64,000 nucleotides of DNA from Leptogorgia sarmentosa (taxonomy: Eukaryota). Positions 12,371 through 22,869 of this stretch are shown here, piece by piece. A program made the translations under genes and the position numbers. The stretch's first letter is position 1; the number at the start of each line of letters is the position of its first letter. The stretch lies in contig OZ210885.1 in the NCBI GenBank assembly GCA_964658305.1, forward strand, positions 18,476,001-18,540,000, given 5' to 3'. Under the pieces are notes generated by a model. It did not search any database. It had not been told where the DNA came from and was given only the letters and a program-made list of their open reading frames with translations.

Positions 12371-12527
12371 GTCATAACAATGATCAAAAAACAATTGGAA
12401 TGTCATGTTCATACTGTTCATAGGCATACGGATACTTTCATACTAATCTCAATAGGAAACGTTATTACTTTAAGCTATCGCAACAAAACAAAACTCCTTA
12501 ATTTTGATATAAACATTTACTAGTATA

Positions 12528-13574
12528 CTAATAAAATATGTCTGAAATGTCTGTAACAAGCATTGTTTGCTTCAGGTATGTTATCTGACATTCCGGCAGC
12601 GATAACATATTGGTTGAAATTTCTTCTGGCGTCAGTTTTCCGGTGTCCTTTGTAGGATCTACCATCACCAAAGCTTTCTCTATTGTGTCCTGACGAAATG
12701 TTACATTTACCGTAACACCATCATGCTCCACTATAGCTTTCAAAAACCACTGTGTTTTACACTTTTCCAGTTTCTGTACTAATTTGCAATTCTCATTGTC
12801 GCATTTCACAATTTTCTGAGATTTAACTCGCCTGTTACACTTCAAACAATAGTACTCGAGTTGTACGTTGTTGACTCCGACAATTTCGCCATTCACAGTT
12901 GCACTGGTAAACTCTTCCGGTACTTCGTCCGGTACTGCTAAGGTTTTTTGAAAAGGCTCGCACTCCGTAATTTCAGAATCACTCTTTGCTGGATTCACAT
13001 ATAGTTCCTGGTTGAACTTGCTCTTTTTCAGTCTCAGGTTTTTAAACTTATAGGTTCCTCCTTCCTTTACTTTTTCAATATCTTGTTCCCAAAGCACGAT
13101 CTTAGTTGATCCATACGGGTCTATCAGCACTCCGTCAACTTTCTTCAGAGTTTTCCCTCCAATACATACATTTTGGGATTTCTGAAGATTGACTACCTTT
13201 GCCTTCAGTGTTACAAGCTGATTCACTGTAATCATTGACAACATGGAGAGGTTGAGATCAGCTGGTACTAAATCTGTTTTAGGAAAGGTTACATCAGCAG
13301 GTTGGATCTGATCAATTTCAACATTGTCACTCATCAATATATCCGTTGAACCTTCGTTTTTCTCGTCATGCATGAATTTCTTCATTTTTATCGGTGACGA
13401 CTTTTCCATTGCGTCCTCAATGCATTTTCGTTTACGAGGTGCAAAGCAGATTGCTCGAACCACCGTTTTCTCCCCTGTCTGGAGATCGAAATCAAAGTAT
13501 TTCTTTGACGGACCCTTTTTCACTGGTGAAAGATTGTGGATGTATCCAGAGATGCTTTTATCTTTCCCCTCCAT
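12528..13574 (-). CDS. RPA70-like tandem OB-fold ssDNA-binding protein with zinc ribbon, inside the Helentron
   Basis: Intact 348-aa ORF with OB-fold-like segments (GYIHNLSPVK..YFDFDLQT; VTLKAKVV..LIDPYGSTKIVLWE) and a CLKC...CDNENC zinc ribbon. Confidence 0.7.
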   Translation of the reverse strand: MEGKDKSISGYIHNLSPVKKGPSKKYFDFDLQTGEKTVVRAICFAPRKRKCIEDAMEKSSPIKMKKFMHDEKNEGSTDILMSDNVEIDQIQPADVTFPKTDLVPADLNLSMLSMITVNQLVTLKAKVVNLQKSQNVCIGGKTLKKVDGVLIDPYGSTKIVLWEQDIEKVKEGGTYKFKNLRLKKSKFNQELYVNPAKSDSEITECEPFQKTLAVPDEVPEEFTSATVNGEIVGVNNVQLEYYCLKCNRRVKSQKIVKCDNENCKLVQKLEKCKTQWFLKAIVEHDGVTVNVTFRQDTIEKALVMVDPTKDTGKLTPEEISTNMLSLPECQITYLKQTMLVTDISDIFY

Positions 13575-14719
13575 GGAGGATGTTTAATTACCACGCAGTT
13601 CAATTGACGTGAAAAAATGAAAATGTAAGCTGGGTTTCTCACACAGGCCAATAATAAAAATGAATAAATGATCTCTGACTCGCAGCAGATTATATATGTC
13701 AACGCAAAGTCACAAATAAATATGACTCATCTTGTTGATGTTTCATAGCGTTGTTGATCTTGTCCACTAATCAAAAGTCAAAACAATTGCTATTGTTCAG
13801 AAAAAAAATCAATTTCCTGTCAATGCTTTTTACACGTACATGTTAATTGCGGCATAGTACAAAACATGGACTGGACTGCACTGGACTGATTTTTTTTTCT
13901 GTAACGTTTTTGGAAATTTTTATTATATCCACCCACGCGCAGATCTCAGTGATAACTGAAGTGAAATCCTATTTTAGGCCTCCATGGGGACTTTTCTGAA
14001 CGACTATTATTTCTAAAAGACGAATAGTACTTTTATTTCTTCCAAAGAAAACAATACAAAATAATCTCAATACTTTTACATGTTTATATTTCGATATCAA
14101 TAAATATATGTCAAGCCAGACCAAATATCAACACTTTGACACTCAAAAGATCATTTGTTCCTGATATAAATGAGTAAATATAAGTTTCAACCTGCACGGT
14201 TTTCTGACACAGTAAAGTCTTATACTGATAAGCAAAGAGTGTTAATTAAATGTTGACATTTTTGTGGACGTACAATACAGTAGAAAAATAAGACCGTAAA
14301 TACTATTTCTATATTGTCATTGTTGTATAGGTAACAATGAGCACAATTGGCTTGTTGATTTTATTGTCCAATCAGGTACGAAGGTATAAAATAAACATTA
14401 ACAAAGTGTATTTTCTCGCTCTTCAAGGAGAAAGCCTGATACTCGGGTTATTAATTGCCCATCGTTGTGTTAAGTGCTAAATTGGCTCTATATCGGCCAA
14501 ACAAACAAACTAGACCACCAGGGCAACAACACTACAGACTGTTTAATTAAAAAAGTCTAAAAATAATTTCGCCCAATGCGCGAATTTTTTCATGCTCGTT
14601 AGTTGTGCAATAAATTTTACAGCATCCCTCTCTTTTACTATGCATATGTATGTATTATGACACAAGATCAATTAGGAAAAATACATTCATTTGTCAGTTT
14701 TTTTACAGCAACACCTTCC

Positions 14720-14831
14720 GGCGCTTTCTCGATATATAAGCAACCGAAATATAAATAGAGTAAATAACCTTGACCCAAACCACTAATCTGACCCTGACCT
14801 ATTTCGGTTGCTCACATATCGAGAAAGAGCC
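14720..14831. mobile_element. 112-bp MITE (Merlin-like: GG ends, 8-bp TSD)
   Basis: ~32-bp TIR GGC(G/T)CTTTCTCGATAT(A/G)T(A/G)AGCAACCGAAATA; TSD CACCTTCC (14712-14719 / 14832-14839). Confidence 0.8.
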
Positions 14832-17007
14832 CACCTTCCCCCCGCTGCATGGGAATTTTCAATAGTATACGAATGAGCCAGTTGACGATTAATTATAGCC
14901 ATATTCGCCCCAAATTGTGTTTTCATGAAAAATACTCGTATGCTAATGGCCGATTGCCTATAGACAAAATTTTTAAAAGTTTGAAATAATACAATTCATA
15001 ATCACAGCATTCAAGTCGAGAAAAATATACAAAATTTGCAAACTTTATAAGGGTCTATCTTTCACATTTTACAAAACGAACACGGAAAAAACCCACTTGA
15101 TTGGCTCCCGACACTGGAGACATCACCACCTAATCACATGGTATTTTGCCTGTTCGCGCCAAGAAATTAGCCGAGTGGAAAACGGGGCTAGCCACATGTA
15201 CGCACTGCGTACCTATTTTTTGTAATTTGTAGTTTTGATTGCAAAACTAATGTCCACGTATGACGTATCTCTCTTTTTCGTTCCAAAATTACGTGTTTTA
15301 GATTTCAGTCGGACTGACGGACCGACTTTTTTGTCTCACAATTTTTCGGGACCGACTTTTCAGACATATGTCACAAAAGATGGGGGGGTGTCACACCCCC
15401 CCACACCCCCCCTAATGTGCGCCCCTGGTCAAGATGTTCACATTGGCGTGTTCACCTCGCTATGGAAATAAACAAGAAATTAATACACAAAAGAATTGGA
15501 AGAACACATATATATGATTTCAGTGAGTATAAATCTCAGTATTATCAAACATAAAGATAGTCATAGAATTGACAAACACAAATAACCTTCATAGCTAGTT
15601 TTTTTATACGTCAAAACAAAATCCAACTGACTTCAATCTTCCGTATAGTGTCTGCAGCTTGCAGCAACGGGATTTTTGTTGGACTTTTCTCCACTTGGAT
15701 CCTTGGGGACGGGAATTTTGGATAATACTGTTGGCACCTTTTCTCAATAATACGCAGTCTTCCAAAAGAAACGCGATGTTTTGTGTCTCCTTGGCGTACT
15801 GGATGTTGAATACATAGTGAACTGCCAACCACAGAGTGAGCAATTCGACGACAGTTGGCTCCTTCAGTTCACACAGTAGTTGCTTGTCGACGTACATGAA
15901 CGCTTGTGATAAACCCAACTCAGATGGATTGATAACCAAGCATGGACTCTTCAACAAAGAGGGACTTGCATCGCGTCCACCAGCCTATAACAGAACATCG
16001 TGGTTTTATTCATTGAACATCATGGAATTGGCCGCGTGAATCTGGTAAGTCTGGTATTTTACATAATTATGTGGTCAAGATGTAATGTTAGTCTGAGACT
16101 GAAGTAGGTCTACCTCTGCTTGTATGAATACAGACGTATTCTTTGGTGAATTGACCTCTGCTTCCACATAATATAATAGGCCAAGTTGTGTATTCTGGTC
16201 AAGTGTCATCCCTTCAGGTGTTGTAGGATGGTTATCCTTGATCTTTACAATGCTGAAATGACATACAGTAATACAGGCTTTTAACATACTAGGGTGCAAA
16301 ATATTAGTGGACTTTGTGCAAAATGGTATAGTTATTGTATGAAGTGTAGCTGTAATGGCAAGTGGTTTATAGGTTTAGGTTAATGGCAAATATGCGATTG
16401 GATAGAATGAGAAACTTGGTTATAGTGCAATAGTACAGCCTAACATCTCCGAAAGAGATTATTAATTTATTATAACACAATGTTTGTCCCAAGCACTTTA
16501 TGATTGTATGTTGAAGATAATATACAATGATGAAGTACCACTTCCTGTAGAACTTTGTTACCTTTTGTGAGATATTCAGGTTTGGACCTATGAGACTATA
16601 GTCTCACAGCTCCAAACCTGTCCATATCAAAATATATAAAGACAGCGATTTAGACATTGTAGCTGTCAATAAATATGTCAAAGTTCAAATATTAAACAAT
16701 TAATTGAATTAGATTGCATTTTCTTAGGCGGGAGTATCTAAATGGCGCGGGTCGCGGGTAAATGGCGCGGGTCGCGGGTAAATGGCACTGGGCGGGGGTA
16801 AAAGGCGCGGGTAAATATTCCTGGGAATCTTTTCACCGGTGATCTTAACATTTAACCTCTTCCTCGTTGTATTTTGCGAAGTAAAGTTCCAAGTATTAAG
16901 CATCCTTCCAAATTTATTGCAATTGTTGCTTTTTCGTCGTCAGTAATAGTCGTTGGCGATTGTCAAGGTATGTTCAAAGATGTTTGTTAGATTTGCTGAC
17001 TATTTCA

Positions 17008-17926
17008 ATGAATTATTCAACAGTACTAAATGATGCTATGCAAATTTTTCGACAGATGACAAGTAGAAGGATTTCATGCTTGGTAGAGGCCTCAAAACAA
17101 GGTTTTCTTTTGCACTACGACCCGCCTGGTACAGCAAACCGTTGCTTCTATAGGTGTCTCGCAAAATTTTTGCATATGGACGAAGATGATATTATATACA
17201 TGTTGGAAACTTTCATGATGGAAAACCAGATCATCCCCATTCAGAACGAGGTATTTTAATAATCATAAATATCAAAGACGTCACCTGGTTGCTGGTTTCA
17301 TAACTACTGTACTTATTATATATTCTTCCTTTTAACAGCGTGGTGAAATTGTCGAAACAGATCTGCATAATTTTCTATCAGACGCGGATTTCCCTTCCAC
17401 GGGGAATAAAAGACCTTTTTCTTGGCACGACACTGTGAAAGCGTTGCGCAATGAAATGACAACGCATGCGGTAATTGCTGTATCAGCGTTCCTCTTTCGC
17501 CTGGAAATAAGAATAATTGACTGGCAAGGGGTAATTTTTTGTGTTTATTTAATGGGGCTTTGTATAGTTAGCATTATTATCATGATAATTACAAAACAAA
17601 TGCATAGCTTAATGTGTATTCATGTTATGTTATGTTAACTTAATGTAATGTCTTGTAATGTTTTGTAATTGTGTAATGGTAAAGTGCCTTGCATGGCACC
17701 CTGTGTCTCATTTGCACCACTCCCTCTAATAAAGTTGCTACTGTAAAATGAAAATGAAAAAAAAAAATTAAACATGAATATATTGATTAAATACAGTACA
17801 GCATATTCTCTTATAATTTATTTAGAATGTGACCATATCTAAATCTGGACCACGACCAAATGCTAACTGGGTATATCTAGGTTATACTGGTGACCACTAC
17901 ATGCTGTTAAAGGAAAAAGGGAAAAT
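17008..17926 (+). CDS. OTU-like cysteine protease domain encoded by three in-frame exons of the MULE
   Basis: Exons 17008-17250, 17339-17530 and 17826-~17926 with GT-AG phase-0 junctions. YDPPGTANRCFYRCL (Cys box), AVSAFLFRLEIRII, and YLGYTGDHY (His box). Confidence 0.6.
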
Positions 17927-20080
17927 GGTAAGCACATGTGTACATTAAACATCTCTTGTTGCAGTATGTCACTGAATGCTCTTTTAAAGTGTAAGAAGAT
18001 ACAGAAACATGTTTCTAACCGGTAGAATTGACTGTAATGAAAAAGCTGTCAGGTCTGATGTACATTTTATGTACTACAGTTGAAAACTGTTAAGGAAAGT
18101 GAATAGATTTCTTTTGATGGAAAGTCAAAAAAAGGCCATTTTCTTTGTTACATTAAAATTTCTTATCATTATGTATTCTTATTGTCTTTTTTTCAGTCAT
18201 TTATGTTTCACACTTGTAATGTATTCTGATAATATGTCCAGTTGTCATCTTTTTCCTCACAGTAATTTGTTACATACATTAAATGTAGACTCTCAATGAT
18301 GGTATAAATATATCAATTCCCTGTATGCCACACAAGACCCACACTTAACATGCAATACTTTACTGTACTTGTCAATTAGAGGGAAAGTTTAGCTGTGAAA
18401 TGGTTAACTAATTGCATATTATGTATGTGTTTGCTAATTACGTTTCATAGGCAGATGGTGGCATACAAGAAGAAAAGGAAGTACTCGAAATATCTTCAGA
18501 TTCTGATTTTAATTATTTATCCCCACAGAAGAAAAAATTTAGAGCTGAAAAGGGGAGACAAATAATACAAACAATTGTAGTACAGTTAGTTGCGTAGTTA
18601 AAACAGCACTTGGTGGTGGTATACAGTATAATTCTTCTAAAGTCGAGCTGCACATAGATGATCAGGTGGTTGGAAATCACACACAGACAAGATGAATATG
18701 TGTTGTCCTTAATCAGTTAATCGTCTAAACGTTTTAAATTTAATATAGGGAGATGGTGGCATACGAGAACAAAAAGGAGTACTGGAAATATCTTCAGATT
18801 CTGATTTTAATTGCTTATCCCCAAAGAAAAAAAACTGTACAGCTGAAAAGGTGACCCAAATCTATTAAGACTGTCTAGAAATAATTATCTCAAAATATAA
18901 TTATGAAACCTCACATATTAGCGCCAGTAATAATGAAACTTAAATGTAGTAATGTACAATGCTACAGTATATTATATGGAATCTGGGGCAGGTACTGTAC
19001 CTTGAGTGTTGCTTTCCACTTCCAGAGTTGAAAAGTTAAAATTTATTTTGTCTTTCAGGTTACTTGCAGTACAAACACCAAAGGAAAACCCGAAAATCAT
19101 GTTTCAGATTGGTATGATGATAATGACTACAATCCTGGAATAAGCATTTTTAAAGGAATTAAATATGACCTAACTGAAACAAGCGAAGCTGTTGCGAATA
19201 AAAAAAATGAGGTAGGAGTACAACATTTTAGCTAAACTATATAATAATTTATTTGTAATATTTAAAAATGCATACATGATACATGCATTTATCTTCACTG
19301 TGTGGGGTATTATACAGTTATGTCAACTAATAAGTATTTTCTCAGGAAGTCAATATCATGTTGGACAGTGTTCCAAATCTAATAAGTATTTCCTGGAACA
19401 TGTGTACTATTGTATATGCATTTGTGCTGTTTGGAACATTCAATGTACTTTATATTTTAGTCCACGAAAATGCAACTGGATTCAGATAATGAAGAAAAGC
19501 CAACCTACAGTGCTGTTTCAGTCAAGTCAGGTGGTGACCAGGTGCCATTGCAACCCATTGTCAAGAAACAGAAATTAAATCAGCATAAGAGCAGTAAATT
19601 GACAAAAAAGAAGAAGAAAAGGTAATAATGTCCAGTATGTTAATTTTGGATGGGCACTCAGTCCAATGCCACCAAAACTCATGTGGCTTCCTAAAGGATT
19701 ATCTGTATAGTAACCCTTTTCGCTTTCAGTCGCGTATACTGATTTTTAAATATTTTTTTAATTCTGACTAAGACAAGACGATTTCACTCATCAAACCGGA
19801 TCTCCAGAAAGGTAGGCGTAAAATGATTTAATATGTGTCCTTATTGGTTGTTACAATCCTGGCCAGCTTTTAGTACTGTATACAGTAACAACGCTGTGTG
19901 TCTAAAACTGGTGCATTAGGCACAGTACTCCAGATACATTTTGTTTAATATATTCTTGAATAATGTAAATCTCCAGCACTGTTACACCATGGTGTGGAGT
20001 GTATTTATATACAGTATATGATTGTATACATACGGTATATCATGTATTGTAGTAGAACTGTGTGTCAACTGTCTTATAAT

Positions 20081-22854
20081 TTTTGTATCTGCGAACGCAG
20101 ATACTATGCTATGACCCTGTTAGCTGTTAGCTTCTAGCCAATCAGCGACGAGCTTTTGCTTATAATTACGTAATGCAAGATGGCGGCGTTCGAGGAGTGA
20201 AGGCGATGTTCGATCGGATTTTTGCGAAAATGTGAAGTGCAGTGTTTAAGTACGACGCTTTAAGCAAACAATCTTGACTTTGCAGGTCCCTGTCAATGTG
20301 CAGTTGTAATTTAACAAAGGATTTGAAACGGCAGCGTGCTGTTTTATCGGCCTTTCGATTTGTAAATTGAAAATGCGTACAGAGCACACTGTCCAGATGG
20401 CCGACTCATGAACGGTTTTGTCACAGCACGCTATATAAAAACTGGATACATTCTGTTGAAGTAGCCTGTTCGCAGGTTAAATCTAATCATATTCAAGATG
20501 GCGGTCAAAATTGAAATAAGGCCAAAACGATATAATTAAATAATTTAATGACATTTACATGTAATATTGGGTAATCCCATGATATTCAGTATAAAGCCAT
20601 AGTTTTATACATATTGGAGGCGCAAAGAAAGTTTTTTCCCAAGGAATTTCCTCGTATTTTTCACGAAAGAGTCGAAGGAGGAAGGTGAGAAATGCTGTAT
20701 ATGAGAACAGTCAACACTAACTAAACATCGCTTATTTAATAAGACAGCATGCTGATTTAGGAAATCTGTTTGAGTATAGTTCTAGGTTTAAATGTTTTGT
20801 GCGTTAGGCTTTGGGGTTCGATTAGTTTCATATTTAGGGCTAGCTTTAGTTTAGGTTCATTTATTGCTTGCAAACCAATACTTTAGCGGTAGATTTAAGC
20901 GCAACCTGGACTTTTTAGCATGTCCGATTGCGCTTTCCGACGACTCATCCGTCAGTTCTGCTTCACCATTCGCAGATACATGTGCGCTTTGCGAACCTAT
21001 TTTTGTATCTGCGAACGCAGATACTATGCTATGACCCTGTTAGCTGTTAGCTTCTAGCCAATCAGCGACGAGCTTTTGCTTATAATTACGTAATGCAAGA
21101 TGGCGGCGTTCGAGGAGTGAAGGCGATGTTCGATCGGATTTTTGCGAAAATGTGAAGTGCAGTGTTTAAGTACGACGGTTTAAGCAAACAATCTTGACTT
21201 TGCAGGTCCGTGTCAATGTGCAGTTGTAATTTAACAAAGGATTTGAAACGGCAGCGTGCTGTTTTATCGGCGTTTCGATTTGTAATTTGAAAATGCGTAC
21301 AGAGCACACTGTCCAGATGGCCGACCCATGAACGGTTTTGTCACAGCACGCTATATAAAAACTGGATACATTCTGTTGAAGTAGCCTGTTCGCAGGTTAA
21401 ATCTAATCATATTCAAGATGGCGGTCAAAATTGAAATAAGGCCAAAACAATATAATTAAATAATTTAATGACATTTACATGTAATATTAGGTAATCCCAC
21501 GATATTCAGTGAAAAGCCATAGTTTTATACATATTGGAGGCACAAAGAAATTTTTTTCCCAAGGAATTTCCTCGTATTTTTCACGAAAGAGTCGAAGGAG
21601 GAAGGTGAGAAATGCTGTATATGAGAACAGTCAACACTAACTAAACATCGCATATTTAATAAGACAGCATGCTGATTTAGGAAATCTGCTTGAGTATAGT
21701 TCTAGGTTTTAATGTTTTGTGCGTTAGGCTGTTAGCTTTGGGGTTCGATTAGTTTCATATTTAGGGTTAGCTTTAGTTTAGGTTCATTTATTGCTTGCAA
21801 ACCAATACTTTAGCGGTAGATTTAAGCGCAACCTGGACTTTTTAGCATGTCCGATTGCGCTTTCCGACGACTCATCCGTCAGTTCTGCTTCACCATTCGC
21901 AGATACATGTGCGCTTTGCGAACCTATTTTTGTATCTGCGAACGCAGATACTATGCTATGACCCTGTTAGCTGTTAGCTTCTAGCCAATCAGCGACGAGC
22001 TTTTGCTTATAATTACGTAATGCAAGATGGCGGCGTTCGAGGAGTGAAGGCGATGTTCGATCGGATTTTTGCGAAAATGTGAAGTGCAGTGTTTAAGTAC
22101 GACGGTTTAAGCAAACAATCTTGACTTTGCAGGTCCGTGTCAATGTGCAGTTGTAATTTAACAAAGGATTTGAAACGGCAGCGTGCTGTTTTATCGGCGT
22201 TTCGATTTGTAATTTGAAAATGCGTACAGAGCACACTGTCCAGATGGCCGACCCATGAACGGTTTTGTCACAGCACGCTATATAAAAACTGGATACATTC
22301 TGTTGAAGTAGCCTGTTCGCAGGTTAAATCTAATCATATTCAAGATGGCGGTCAAAATTGAAATAAGGCCAAAACAATATAATTAAATAATTTAATGGCA
22401 TTTACATGTAATATTAGGTAATCCCACGATATTCAGTGAAAAGCCATAGTTTTATACATATTGGAGGCACAAAGAAATTTTTTTCCCAAGGAATTTCCTC
22501 GTATTTTTCACGAAAGAGTCGAAGGAGGAAGGTGAGAAATGCTGTATATGAGAACAGTCAACACTAACTAAACATCGCATATTTAATAAGACAGCATGCT
22601 GATTTAGGAAATCTGCTTGAGTATAGTTCTAGGTTTTAATGTTTTGTGCGTTAGGCTGTTAGCTTTGGGGTTCGATTAGTTTCATATTTAGGGTTAGCTT
22701 TAGTTTAGGTTCATTTATTGCTTGCAAACCAATACTTTAGCGGTAGATTTAAGCGCAACCTGGACTTTTTAGCATGTCCGATTGCGCTTTCCGACGACTC
22801 ATCCGTCAGTTCTGCTTCACCATTCGCAGATACATGTGCGCTTTGCGAACCTAT
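20081..22854 (+). mobile_element. Three head-to-tail copies of a ~925-bp non-autonomous Helentron (HINE/DINE-1-like)
   Basis: Units start at 20081, 21001 and 21928. Each has 5' T-run + hairpin GTATCTGCG-AA-CGCAGATAC, and 3' subTIR TTCGCAGATACA + imperfect hairpin GTGCGC-TTT-GCGAAC + CTA+T-run. Confidence 0.88.
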
Positions 22855-22869
22855 TTTTTGCATATGTAG

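Larger units (their letters stand above)
4295..15216 (+). mobile_element. Helentron (Helitron2-type rolling-circle transposon), structurally complete, ORF decayed
   Basis: 5' end: T-run plus hairpin GTGGCTAGCCTG-TTCG-CAGGCTAGCCAC (4300-4327). 3' end: subTIR GGCTAGCCACA (15186-15196), hairpin GTACGCA-C-TGCGTAC (15198-15212), then CTA+T-run. Inserted in a T tract with no TSD. Encodes Rep-helicase-endonuclease. Confidence 0.9.
3743..15427. mobile_element. Non-autonomous hAT-like MITE (~760 bp without the Helentron insert)
   Basis: 14-bp TIR CAGGGGCGCACATT (3743-3756 / 15414-15427) and a perfect 8-bp TSD GTCAAGAT (3735-3742 / 15428-15435). Confidence 0.85.

Noticed and set aside
20166..22234. 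Three repeated 73-aa minus-strand ORFs
   Set aside because: By-products of the tandem HINE units; no recognisable motifs.
22718..22869. N-terminal ~50 aa of the 430-aa ORF
   Set aside because: It comes from the third HINE copy and intron end; the real transposase exon starts after TTTTTGCATATGTAG (~22870).
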